From Lytechinus pictus (Eukaryota): a stretch of DNA of 64,000 nucleotides. The position numbers were made by a program, and so were the translations under genes. How positions within the stretch are numbered: the first letter of the stretch is position 1; each line of letters begins with the position of its first letter. The DNA lies in NCBI RefSeq assembly GCF_037042905.1, contig NC_087251.1:32550001-32614000 (forward strand), read 5' to 3'. This document shows, piece after piece, positions 26,345-38,834 of the stretch. Below the pieces are notes generated by a model, which worked only from the letters and a program-made list of their open reading frames with translations, was not told the DNA's origin and did not search any database.

Positions 26345-27320
26345 AACAAGTGGAATGCCTCTGGCCGTCTCACCTGCATCACGCGATCCAATATAGCAGC
26401 AGTGCTGATTTTGAAAACTACTATAACTCGCACAAGATGTTCAGTGATACTTGGTTACTCTTATTTCCACGTTTTATGAACTAGACCAATACACTTATAG
26501 AGATATGATGGCAATTCAACAAATACCCCCAACGTGGCCAAAGTTCTTTGACCTTACATGACCTTTGACCTTGATCATGTGACCTGAAACTCGCACAGGA
26601 TGTTCAGTGATACTTGATTACTCTTATGTCCAAGTTTTATGAACTAGACCAACACACTTTCAAATTTATGGCTGTAATTCAACAAATACCCCAATTTGGC
26701 CAAAGTTCATTGACCCTAAATGACCTTTGACCTTAATCATGTGACCTGAAACTTGCACAGGATGTTCAGTAATACTTGATTACTATTATGTCCAAGTTTC
26801 ATGAATCAGATCCATAAACTTTCAAAGTTATGATGGTAATTCAACAGATACCCCCAATTCGGCCAAAGTTCATTGACCCTAAATGACCTTTGACCTTGGT
26901 CATGTGACGTGAATCTCATGCAGGATGTTCAGTGATACTTGATTAACCTTATGTATAAGTTTCATGAACTAGGTCCATATATTTTCTAAGTTATGATGAC
27001 ATTTCAAAAACTTAACCTTAGGTTAAGATTTTGATGTTGATTCCCCCAACATGGTCTAAGTTCATTGACCCTAAATGACCTTTGACCTTGGTCATATGAC
27101 ATGAAACTCAGGCAGGATGTTCAGTAATACTTGATTACCCTTATGGCCAAGTTTCATGAACTAGGTCCATATACTTTCTAAGTTATGCTGTCATTTCAAA
27201 AACTTAACCTCAGGTTAAGATTTGGTGTTGACGCCGCCGCCGCCGCCGCCGTCGCCGCCGCCGTCGCCGTCGGAAAAGCGGCGCCTATAGTCTCACTCTG
27301 CTATGCAGGTGAGACAAAAA
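26345..27320 (-). mobile_element. non-autonomous Helentron/HINE (DINE-1-like) element with internal tandem array
   Basis: Subterminal inverted repeats gtctcacctgcat (26367-26379) and atgcaggtgagac (27303-27315), with a partial extra IR (gtctcac, ~27290) forming a terminal hairpin. (GCC)n microsatellite at ~27233-27270. About five tandem units (gatgttcag at 26436, 26599, 26761, 26924, 27116). Ends in A/T runs with no TSD. Confidence 0.8.
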
Positions 27321-28008
27321 TCATAGAAATTAACGTTTTGCTTAATGATTTCAGCAATTCAGCTCTTTTATAAATGCTGAATATATATTGCATCTTAGCG
27401 TGATCGGTTCATCACGGACGGACATTTGATAGATTTTGAAAGTTTTGAAGGCTTGTAACAAATTAGGAATAAGATGAACAAGGTTCCTTTGTATTTTATA
27501 GTGAAGGGTAGGACAAAGTATGCTGAATGATGAAAAAAAATTGTTGCCATGGTTACCTACAAACATAGGTATCCACTAAATGTGCCATATCACGGACGGA
27601 CATGATAGAAATGTGGTTTTTAGAATTTTTGTACATTTTTATTGTTTCTATCTAAACAGCTTAACATTGACCAATAATTGTTAATGCAACTAACACTCAG
27701 GTATGTTAGCTTCTATGTTCAGCATATTGAATTCTTAAGCAATATCAAACTTCTGAGAGAATTGCAAATATTTTCCATCACGGACGGACATCTCGGACGG
27801 ACATCACGGACGGACACAATCAAAATACATTGGAAGTACCCTGTAAGAAGTTCTTAATACTTTTTGGGGGGAACAAATGCTATTGTATTGATGATTTGTA
27901 CATATTTTGATATTATTAAACAGTATTAGTTGCACAATCAAGTTGCTACAACTTGATTTAAGATGTAGCAACTTGATTTCTATGCTAGACGCAGAGTATA
28001 ATCTAGAG

Positions 28009-28901
28009 CAGGGATTCTCAAATGGTGGCGCACGCGCCACTTGTGGCGCACTGAGCCTTCCGGAGTGGCGCGTGGGAGCCGGTATAGAAAAAGAAAAAAC
28101 ATTAGAAAATAAAAGGTTGATCTACTATTAATCTTGAATTGAGGTTTGATCATTTAATTACAAAGGGAAAATAAAGAACTCAGCTCTTTTTAAAATATAA
28201 ATGCTATTTGATTTCCTCTGATTTTGTGTAATCTAGCATTCGATAACCCCTATTATGGATGATCTATTTGATGTATTCATTTACGATTGGTACAAAGACT
28301 ATGTACATAATATGTGAACATAGATTTGTGAACAGTGCTTTTAATAATAACAATAATAATCATAATTACGTTTTATTTACTCAAAGTAGCCATTTCGGTT
28401 AGGGAACTGCAGCGGGCCCTGCATTTCCATGTATGTCATTACTACCCTTCTCCAATCTAAATGCTGAGCGCCAAGCAAGAAGGCAGAAGGTTCCATTCCT
28501 ATATATATTTTTGTATGACTCTGTTGGGGATCGAACCCAAGGCCTCCCGTTCATGAGGCTGACGCTCTACCACTGATCAACATACCCAGTTTGCTTTTTA
28601 AACACGACCCTCATCAAGAACAAACTTTAATACAGAAACATTATAATTAACACTAATTTGAGCAAGTCAATTATCATTTTTTATTTCAAATAAATTGTGT
28701 AGTATGTTGGTATTTTTATATCTTCTGTTGATTGAGAATCCCTCTCGGCCATTTAAAAGGTCTTCTGCTCTTCAGGTGGTCCTGCATCCCCCCCCCCCCC
28801 CCCATACCACAATATTTCGCTCTTCGCGTGTTGGATAGTTAAGCAGTCCAGATTCTCAACAAGAAATTTGGCGCTTCAACAAAATTAATTGAGAATGGCT
28901 G
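28009..28901. mobile_element. hAT (Charlie-like) non-autonomous element nested in the Sola2-like element
   Basis: Ends cagggattctcaa / ttgagaatggctg (11/13 inverted match). Exact 8-bp TSD ATCTAGAG at 28001-28008 and 28902-28909, matching the nTCTAGAn target preference of Charlie-type hATs. Confidence 0.88.
28342..28587 (-). mobile_element. tRNA-derived SINE nested in the hAT element
   Basis: Minus strand reads cagtggtagagcg (A box) ... gggttcgatcccc (B box), then a body and a (TTA)n tail at 28342-28365. Confidence 0.8.
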
Positions 28902-31767
28902 ATCTAGAGTCATATGATTGCTCTTAACACAGTTCTTGTCAAAATCGAATGTAAAGAATATTAATTGTAGAATACTAGTAGGTTCCAAATCAACATCTAG
29001 TTGATCAATGATCATGTTGATACAAGTATTTTTATGATCATGGTGATTTTTAGGCATTACTCTTACAAGAGCAAAGATGTTTTTTTAGGTCCAAAAACTA
29101 AATCGAAAAGATCGACAGGTTGCTGATCCTTATGCTTGTTTGTTGGATCAAGTATGACACAACACTTGTCAGAGGCTCTCTTCAAATTCATCTTTTGCAC
29201 ATATCAAAGTGGAGACATCCCATAACATCAACAGCCCTCATGTATTTAGGCCCTGACCGAATCCAAAATTGAAATAGATATACATGTACCAATCCAAAGC
29301 TTATTAAACTTCTAAACACTGCAGTGCAAGCTTTATGCATTTTCACAGTTTACCAGATAAGCAATTACGTAGCTCCAAAATGGACTTTGAAAAAAGGTAT
29401 TCATGTATTTTTCACAAGCCTCAAGACCGTGATGTCATGTTCTGTTAGAAGCATTGTGAATCCATAGGTTTGTGCATGGAAAAATTGATTTTTTTTGCTT
29501 ATCAGATTATGCATTGCATTTTACTTTCTTCTTTTCCATCACTTTCTGCAAGCTTGAATTGATGAAATCTACAGCTTTGGACTTGTTCTTGCCATATTTT
29601 ATTTCCCGCTTTTTTGGCATAGACATGTACATGTAGCTTTTCAACTCTATCTGCATTCCAATTATGTTTAACAATTTTTCCTGACAACAATATAGCCCCA
29701 ATAACAGCCAAACAAAGATATCACAAAACATTGTGAAGAGTTGTAGGTTTATTCCATTTGAGTTCTGAATAATTCTCAGAGCCACTTTTCGCTGCAAATG
29801 GAAGCTAAAATTAAATTCATAATCTGCTCAGCAAAGTTTCTCATTTGCATACATGGATCATTCCACAGTATTTGCTTATATACTCACTCGTCCGTCCGTG
29901 ATGAAATTAATGTCCGTCCGTGATCATTTTTGATTGAGTTTATGATATGGATAAAATGTATGGATTTCAGCTATGTTCAACTAAAATGATGTACAGTGTT
30001 TAGAGAGATACCTCTACACCTTTTTATTTTTTATTTCTATTCCGATAAATAAAAAAAACTTTTCATCTTTTTTTTCATCACGGACGGAAATTTCAAAATG
30101 AAAATGTTAACACCTACTAAAAAAAATTACTTCCCAATATTTTTTTTCTCCTACTTTATGTCTGATAATAGAGTAATGTTCAGAGTGCAAGAACATCCAA
30201 ACCAAATTAGAGTAACTTTAAAAACAATAAAACTAGAGTGAATTTAATTTGAGTAGAAATGTCCGTCCGTGATGAAAGGTCACAGCACCCCCATGAATAA
30301 AATGGACTATTCCGGTACTTTAGGAATCATCAATCTTCATGAAACTAAGTTTTTTTAAACCTGAGATATCAAAGATTATTTTAAAAGCAAATTTGATAGA
30401 AATACCTTTAAAAAAAATTTTCACCTCAATGCTAACCCTTAACCGATCATGCTCATCTCTTCTAATCATTCACGCATTTTCATTTACATAATTTGGGTAA
30501 AAAGTAAGCTCTCATGGAAAACAAATAGAGAATGCAAACACTGTATGTTTTAAATCAAGCTCTCAAAATGGCTTAATCTTTTAATTTCAAAAACATTTAT
30601 GTGTCACAATCATCATTAATTTTTCAATCAATCTCTTGTTAAAACAAAATGTACATACATGATGCTTATGACATAACACTATGATCTTTTACATATACAT
30701 TTTAAGAAAGGCAGTAGACATATTGACTTTCTAAAATAACATAGAAAAGTAGTCTGAACACAAGACTTGTTGCTCAGTTTGCAATGTTCACTGTCATAAA
30801 ATGTGTGTGAACTGAACATCATGTTTCCCCACTAATAATATATATTTTTTATGGTGGCAAAAATGAGTTGAAGAGGCTCGCAAATAATTAAGAACAACTT
30901 GAATAAACTGATATAACAAACAACATCGGGTAAAGAGAGTAATCGTTTTATAACCATACAAGAAAATACAATATTCCTATAGTTTCTATTCAAGCAATAT
31001 GCATTTTCTATTACACATTGCATTAAAACAAAATTTTATGGGTATGCGTAACATACCAGTGCAGCATCTAAAAAAGACAATTTCCCTCATTGTTGCAAAA
31101 TAAAGTTTGCCAATAAAGTCATGAAATGCAACTGAGAAAAAGTCTGAAAGAACACGAAATTACTACTCTTATACATCTATTCGATCGTTAGTAAATGGTA
31201 ATTTCAAAAAATAATGTTAGCCTGAGCAAAGAGGAACAGCATTCAAATTCATTAAACTCATGTTAATGGTCATCTGAATAAATTGTGACACGATAAAATT
31301 AAAATTCATTGCATTTTGTTCAGAGTAAATAACAGTAAACCATGTACATGTACAAACAAAGAAATGACATAAAAATCATAAGAAATGGTCATACTCCGGT
31401 AAGCATACAATCACTAACATCTTTTCAGAACATTCACCCATAGTTACCTCAGTCCGCTTGATCAACACCAGAAAATATTGAGACCATTTTAAACACTAAT
31501 TGATAATTCAACACTGAAATATTTTTGTCCAATACAGTTTTTAAACCTATTTATTGAATGGCTTTCTTGAGTTAAGTCTTTAGTGCAGTCAAATTTTGTA
31601 CATGTATGTACATCGCTCGCTTTGATGAAAATAAAAACATGACATGTGTATAATATTTAAAATTTTCATATACTTCAGAGAAGAGAGTAAAGCGGCAATA
31701 TGGGTGAAATTTCTTTATTTTCAAACTCACTAGCTCTACATTTACACACAGAAAGGTATTGACTAAT

Positions 31768-31904
31768 GGGAGCATTTCATGAAACAAAGAGTCAGTGAGT
31801 TTGACTGACAATTGTTATAAGCTATTGAGATCCTTGCATCTGATTGGCTCAGAATGAATTAGGTCAGTGAAAATCATTGACAAGATGGTTCATGAAACGC
31901 TTCC
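31768..31904. mobile_element. short MITE
   Basis: gggagcatttcatgaa...ttcatgaaacgcttcc; central gattggct. Confidence 0.7.
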
Positions 31905-34245
31905 AATATCCTATACAACAGAATAATCTTTTGGTTTGGAAAAAAACAATTGGAAAAGGTTGTCTCTGATCCTACACAGTGGCTGGTTGTGGCAGAATTC
32001 TATCATGTGTGATGAAGCTGGATTTGGACCGTTTCTTCTCTACCTGGTGAGTTACAAATAAGCAGTGAAAATTAGCATCATGGAACATATGCAACCTTTG
32101 TCACGTACAAACTCAGACTTAATCAAAGTAAGCAACCAAAATAACCAACCAATTTTAAGATACCAAACTTTGAAGGATCTAAATTGTATTCCCAGGCAAA
32201 CTTCATCTTCTATTGCTTGGAATGTAAGCCGGTCAGAATACATGCAATTTCTTTGGCCTAATATGATGGTGGACTGTGAGGGGCGCTCAAAAATAACCTA
32301 CAGAAACAGAAAAAATGAAAACAAAATAATATAAATACAAGTATACATTTCAGTATTTTGCACTAAGTGTACCATATTCATAGTCAATAAGTCTTTAAGA
32401 AATATTAGTACACACACTTTTATATAGCATTTCACCTGTCAACAGAAGTATTACCTACAGTAGGTGGTGATATAATATCTCATTTTTCATCATAGATTAT
32501 CTCTCTTAAAAAAATACAAATCATGTTAATGACATACAACAGATAAATAATTAGATACATAGATCATTGTTACAAAGTGTAAGACATAAGCAGTAGTCAT
32601 ACATTATTGTGATCGTCAAAATACAAAGTATGATACAAAATGAATGCATTCCTTAACCTTTGATGTATCATCTTCATTTTTTTAACAATTACACATATTA
32701 CACTTATCAAAAGTGCTCATATAGTTAATAATTCTTCTTTTTATTCGATCTATCTTTATTCTAAATAGAGAAGATAAGAACACATAGTACTTTCTAGAGT
32801 AAAAACAGACACCTGTATACATCATCATTAATATCAATGCATAGCATATAATCATAGGCTAATAGTTCACTGGTTTATAATTAAAAAAAAACATCTATTA
32901 CCACATTTTCTTTGTCTTATTGTAATTTTTCCAATTTGATTTTAACAAATACATAATGAGAGGTCTGTGTAATAACAAAGTACTGGAGGGTCCATAAGTT
33001 CAGCCAACTCAGCAGTGTAAAGACTTCTTCCAGACACAGCAAAGCAAGACGGCAGAAGAGCAAGCTGTCACAAAACAATTTACTACAGCTTTTAGTAAGA
33101 AACAACTATGAAATTAAAAAACATCATTTGGGTGCCATAAAGGATATGCCAACACTGATATGTGTTATAAATAACAAGAATTCACAAATGTGAAGCATAT
33201 ATGTTTTCATTGAAAATTTTCAAATAAGGGCAAATGCTTATGCCACATGTCTGTGACTTATAGTTATATAATCATTAAGTCGTACAGCGATAATAGCAGT
33301 CCCTAGTACAAGTGAACTACACATATACTCTCTCTCTCAATACACCTGAAATATATATATCTTGTATATATAAAAATAACCGCCTACATATCTTAATTGT
33401 TTCATTCGCTAACAAACTCATGGCGATTTCATTTTGTTTAACTCACTTGATCCAATGCAATACTTACATGTAGGAATGTAACCTTTTGACTCCCTATGTG
33501 TAACTGCAAAGTACTGTTTATGTTCACTGCATGTAAGTCATAAAAGAGTTGTGAGGGGAAACAGGGTCACTTTGCAAAAACATTTCAGCGATGAATTAAC
33601 ATCTGTCACAAGAAATTTAATCCTGAATATATGCATCAATATTTGCAGGAAAATATGATAATTAAGAAAGTGAACGCATACAAACTATATTATAAGAAAT
33701 GTACATTGAATAAATAGACAGTTCATATCATAACTTCTAGATTATGAAGTTTACTCCAGAAGAAATCGGTTATTCCCATCTGCTTTGGTTAATTATTGCA
33801 GAAATTAAAACTATAATCACCTAAACGCAATCATTCTGTGAATCAAAAATAATATCACTGAAAACAAAATAAAGAAGTGGCTGACAAAAAAATGTATTTC
33901 TACTATTGTTTCTACATTGCAGCGGTATAGGCTTCTCATCACAAACTAACAAAATGCAGCTTTCCTTTTGTATCAACTTTCACACTCTTCACAAAGTACA
34001 CATAAATCATACACGCTGTGCTGAACACGTCTTTAACATATGAGCAAACATTAATACATCGTTTTGCATAACGCACAAGGTAGTTTTCATCATTAGGTAC
34101 AAAGGTCAACAAAGACTATTAAATGGGGCATTGCAAGACATTTGCGATCGATTGAAATATATTTGGGGCCCCAAATGAATCTTATGTCTATAATTAATTG
34201 CAAATTTGCAATTAAATGATGATCTGCTTCTTGTTAAGAGTTTAA

Positions 34246-34622
34246 AGATAAATGCCAGTTGTGATAACGATCTCAAAATGACTTTTTACGGAATCCAATA
34301 TAATGACCACCCAAGTGCCCGTTTGTATGAATAAAAAATATGTGCCAAAGGATTCTGGAAGAAATTGTGTAATTGCTGAGAAAAAAGCAAAAAGCCTGGA
34401 TTCTTTATTCCAACAATAATAATATACACTGTCCCACGTGTGCCTATCTGTGTTGGCGATCTTCAGTGTGATCGTTTTTCAACTTAGATTTTATGATTTC
34501 ACAAAGTTCAGTTTATGTAACTGTATCAGATCTAGATCCACGATGATATAGTAATACTTAACCTTGCTTTTACAGACTTTCTCATGAAATCAGTGTTTTA
34601 CTGCAACTACTTTCATTTAGCT
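34246..34622. mobile_element. TTAA-flanked MITE (Kolobok-like) downstream of the pecanex stop codon
   Basis: ttaa|agataaatgccagttg...caactactttcatttagct|ttaa; imperfect TIRs. Confidence 0.7.
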
Positions 34623-35010
34623 TTAAACTTATTTACTACAACTTAAGTTGATCTATCATTTGTAAAATTGCAAACAGATATTTGCAATTGTTTTCTTACA
34701 ACACACCATAAGATCAACAGCTGTTCCTTCCAATGGATGATAATAATGGGACAACAAAAACCATGAATCTAAAAAAAGAAGAAAAAAAGAATTAGAGAAA
34801 ATAAAACATGGCTGCCCTAAAACAGTAACAAAAGATATTATTTCTTTCAACATGGCATAGTGGTTTCACTTTTTTGAGATATAGAGATGGGATATCCTGA
34901 ACATGAGTTTCTAAGTAATGTGTTTTCTTGACATTGCTGCAATAAAAAAAATCTGCATATAAAGCCGGATGAACAAATACTTGAGGCCCGATCTGGTCAC
35001 CTAATAGGGG

Positions 35011-35292
35011 CTATAAATGTACTTCAGGTCCTACATCCAAGACCCCGCTATCAGCTATAGGCACAAACTTGTTCTCAATCTTGACCAGCAGAATAGTCTT
35101 GTCTATATGAGATCGTCTGGCTTGGTCCATGTGGAAGGGTACCCAGACGTGGACTACCTGTCCCTCGGCTCCGGGGGCGGGGGACCATCCCTTCCAACCG
35201 CTGGCGCCGCCGCTCTGTCGCATGGTCTCATCAGGCCACATTACAAATTTGTTGATGTTGAGACGGTCATACACCTTGCATTCATCAATGAT
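35011..35292 (-). CDS. PCNX: pecanex terminal coding exon
   Basis: Acceptor ttctcttttctccag|ATC (phase 0). Reads IIDECKVYDRLNINKFVMWPDETMRQSGGASGWKGWSPAPGAEGQVVHVWVPFHMDQARRSHIDKTILLVKIENKFVPIADSGVLDVGPEVHL*, matching the PCNX1 C-terminus pattern (WPDE..., WSP.EGMEG.V.H.WVP, RSHIDK..LLV.I..K). TAG stop at 35013-35011. Confidence 0.96.
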   Translation of the reverse strand: MIDECKVYDRLNINKFVMWPDETMRQSGGASGWKGWSPAPGAEGQVVHVWVPFHMDQARRSHIDKTILLVKIENKFVPIADSGVLDVGPEVHL

Positions 35293-37595
35293 CTGGAGAA
35301 AAGAGAATGCATATAGAATTATTTTCATTAATGAAAAATTCTAAGAGAATAGAGAGCAGGTGGCATCACCTGTAAAAATCAAAGCCTGCCTAGAGAAAGT
35401 AAGGACGTAGTGTTTTATGAAGTGAATTTATAAAGTGGTATAAGATCATACATATAAATGTATGTAGGAGTGTGTTTCAGTCGGCATCTCCTGCTCTGTG
35501 GGTTTAAGTTATTGAAGGGTGCTTTTACATTTTGTAAACATCGATTGAGGAGAAACATATATGGATATTAAAAAATAAAAAAAAACTGTGGAGAGAGCAT
35601 GAGGGGACACTACTGCATTATCACAGTTAAAATTTAAAAAATCTGTACATACAAGATACTGTACATATTTCAAAATGGGACTGTAGTAACAAAACTGGAA
35701 AATGTAATCAAAAAGGGAAAGTGCAAAAACAACTTCCTTTCAGGTAAACATTATTTAGATTTCATGGAAGATTAGGCACTCAAACTAATGAGACAATATA
35801 ACTGAACAATGTTCCCTGATCAAAGCATACTTCCAAGAGGAAGAGGTTTACCATCGCCCAAAACACGATTCACAGTGAAAGGACAAATCATACTAATTAT
35901 CATTGTCCCCCAGGATCAGGAAAAAGGTGTTCAACTCTAATATAAAGGTGTGGTTCTCACAGATGAATGTCAACACTGATTAGAGTTTGTAAACAATACC
36001 TTCCACATCAGTTCACAAGGTTAAAGTGAAGTATATGTACACTTCTATGAAAAAGAATAATTTAAACCAAACCAAGTGCTACATGACCTTTTAATTTTAC
36101 CTCCACTTCAATTTTTCGGTACAGGTTTTTTTTCTAATACTAAGCACATGCCCTGATTGTCAAACAAACTAAACACAGCCCAACTGTTGCCATCTTTTCT
36201 GCCAAAAAAGTTTATCTTTCTACATCCACTCGGGAGATGATTTACAAACTCATAAAGTTCCAGAGGCACCGTGCTCAGCTCACGAACCCAAGCAGATAAT
36301 CAACCACAGGTTCAAGCAGAGTCTACAAACCTGAAAAGAAATTTGATTTTGGGGGAGTCATGATTTCAAACCCTCCCATCCGCCTCAGGTGCAGGAAAAA
36401 GGTGGCAAAGATGGATAAATAATGGAGTGACATAAGATGAACATAGATGTAGCTAGGGGTAGGTAAACAATACCTTCCTGTTTTCAACCACAGATGGACC
36501 GATAGAGGAGCATGCAACACCCCTTTGGTGCTAGAGGGGCCAAGAGAGGAACATACAACACCCTGTGGTGCTAGAGGGGGTGACAGGGGGAATGAGGATG
36601 AGATGGGTTACACGCCCACATTGGAATAGAATTAGGTGACATGAAACTAACACATGATCTTGACCTCTAAATTAAATACAACTGACATTTCAATAGATTT
36701 TACACGCAGGAAGATCATTAATAAGTACTTTTGGGCATTTCTCAGATATCATAAGACCAATTTCATAAATGTACATGAACGGGATAGTTTATCCTCGAGG
36801 AAAAAAATATCAAATTTACAAATTTGTAATTGTACCAGATAGCACCTCATTCCTTACTTGATGAACACCTACATGTCATTATTTCTTCAACTGCAAAAAT
36901 AGTCAAAGACACCAAGTGGGATTGCAAATCTAAAGATGTAAACTGTTTTTATCCAATCTCAAAGTGCATGTAGATTTTGATTTCCTGACCCCTTCTGGTT
37001 AGTCTGAAAGCAAAGACCCTGATTTAAATTTGATAAATGTTGGATAAATGTTAAGATTTGAAAGTGGTCTGGAACAAGTGCCAAGTATCTGATTTTGTAG
37101 AAGCTACACTTCATAATCAGAATTTTTGTCTTTCTGACTACCATTCACACCACTATTGACTAACCAGGGTCAGTGCTGCAACTACTGCAAGTGAACCCAG
37201 GTGGGTTGGAGGTTGGTTTCTGTTTAAGTGGCCCCAAGGTAAACCCAAGTCCAGCCAAGGACCACCTCTGTATCACAGAAATACATTTTCTTGCTCTGGA
37301 CGTGGTCCAAGATGGCTACAGTTACCAGAAGTAAATGTGACCGAGGATAGGTCTACCCTGTTTACATCAATTTTTTCCTACCCTCATGTAGGCCACAGTG
37401 ACGCCTCAGGTACACAATTTTCTAGATGTAGCAGGGGTCTTAATCAATCACCCATTAAATCAACTGTGTGCCTATATTCTTGTAACAAGAAGAGGAAAAC
37501 ACCCATCAAGTTCAACTAGGGGAGAACATTCGGTCATTCATATTACACCCTCTTCCAGGTAGACTGAACAAGGCTTGAACTAACTGTGAAATCAT

Positions 37596-37830
37596 CATGG
37601 TGTAGCGGTTCTGGCTCTCGTTTTGAAATCAGAGGGTCATGTTTTCCAATCCTACCCTGGCATAGCATCCTTTGGCAAGTTGTCAATCCACACTTTTCAA
37701 CTCTATGTTGTATGCCTAGCAAATGACTTTGGAAACTCTTTTTGGAGTTAGAGTTAGATTGGAGAAAGTGCATCCATTGTATGCAGGCAAGCCGGGATCC
37801 GATGACTGGGGTAATGAAATACGACATGAT
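37596..37830 (+). mobile_element. degenerate tRNA-derived SINE related to the 47474 copy
   Basis: catggtgtagcggtt A box, degenerate B box, and the shared motif catcctttggcaag. Confidence 0.55.
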
Positions 37831-38834
37831 GCCTTATTGCTCTTAACAGGTGATTTAATATCTAGGTTAGATACTATCACATTCACCTTCAATGGCTAAT
37901 ACATTAATTATGCAAGTGACAAATTAATGACTGTTTTCTTAAATCAATGTTCGTGGATTAGATCAGCTCATGAATGAAACGATAGCAAAATATTACAAGC
38001 GTGAGGCCTGTAGATAAACAGACATCTAATTATACATGAACAACATCAAAATTAGAACATCCCTAGGACTTATCATCTTTCTTAAACATTTTGAAAACAA
38101 GGGTATTATCGAGGGGTGATCTCTGGTTGAAAGGGTATCTCATGTCTTCAAGTTCTGGGACTCCAAGATAAATATTCTCTCAGCATCAACAAACATGATC
38201 ATAAACCAATCCTCACCAGAACATATTGCAGGACATTGCTAATAAGGTATGACCTGTTATGTTCAACCATGTAGACATAGTGGATTACCTGTGCATACCT
38301 CTAATAAATCAGCTCAACCCACCAAATAAGTACTAGAAATTTATAACATCACTAAAATATGTATTGATTCCTGGTCCACACGTGTTTCCATATCTCAAAG
38401 CAAGGAGATATTTAAACTATATAATCTGATATAAGACAATTTTAGCACACACAAAAACATTGATTTAGGAGACTTGACATAATGGAAGTGCCTGAAATGA
38501 CAGTTACAGATTTTATTATTATTTTTTTTGCTCTATGTGATATATCTTTAAATTTGTGTCAAATATCTCATATTCTTTATTTATCTTTCTCTCTCCCTCT
38601 CTTCAGCCATCACATAAGGTTGGCATCCAAGTTCAATTTGACATTTCAATGTGACATTCCACACCTTACAAATCCTAACAAATTATCAATATTACTGTCA
38701 TTTCATGATCATACATAAATTTTATAAAAGATTATGAAAATATATTAATTGAAAAGAAAAAAAAAGCTTTAAAATTATAGGAAAAAAACAGCCCACACAC
38801 ATTTGTACTCCTTCTTCATCAATCCCCCTTCTTC

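Larger units (their letters stand above)
27396..30454. mobile_element. 3.06-kb non-autonomous DNA transposon, Sola2-like
   Basis: TIRs tagcgtgatcggtt (27396-27409) and aaccgatcatgctc (30441-30454; revcomp gagcatgatcggtt), flanked by 4-bp direct repeat ATCT (27392-27395, 30455-30458). Subterminal motif atcacggacgga is forward in the left arm and mostly reversed in the right arm. A GAG terminus plus 4-bp TSD fits Sola2. Confidence 0.8.
30590..35010 (-). other. probable long 3' UTR of pecanex (end uncertain)
   Basis: Directly follows the stop codon. The minus strand is T-rich with many TGTA-type motifs, and candidate AATAAA signals (tttatt on +) lie near 34402, 32740-32760 and 31550. The true cleavage site cannot be fixed from sequence. 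Confidence 0.4.

Noticed and set aside
26430-27200. Regularly spaced repeats resembling a CRISPR array
   Set aside because: Whole units are repeated with no unique spacers, the context is eukaryotic, and there are no cas genes.
28515-28587. tRNA gene
   Set aside because: A and B boxes are present but no intact cloverleaf; it continues into a SINE body and tail.
28910-29880. Transposase ORF inside the Sola2-like element
   Set aside because: Only short ORFs (69-96 aa) with no recognisable catalytic motif; treated as non-autonomous pending BLASTX.
35017-35344. Plus-strand ORFs over the last pecanex exon (likewise 58356-58592 and 50504-50689)
   Set aside because: Antisense shadows of real coding exons.
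36515-36585. Two copies of caacaccc..tggtgctagagggg resembling CTCF sites
   Set aside because: Only a partial match to the CTCF core; explained as a short local duplication.
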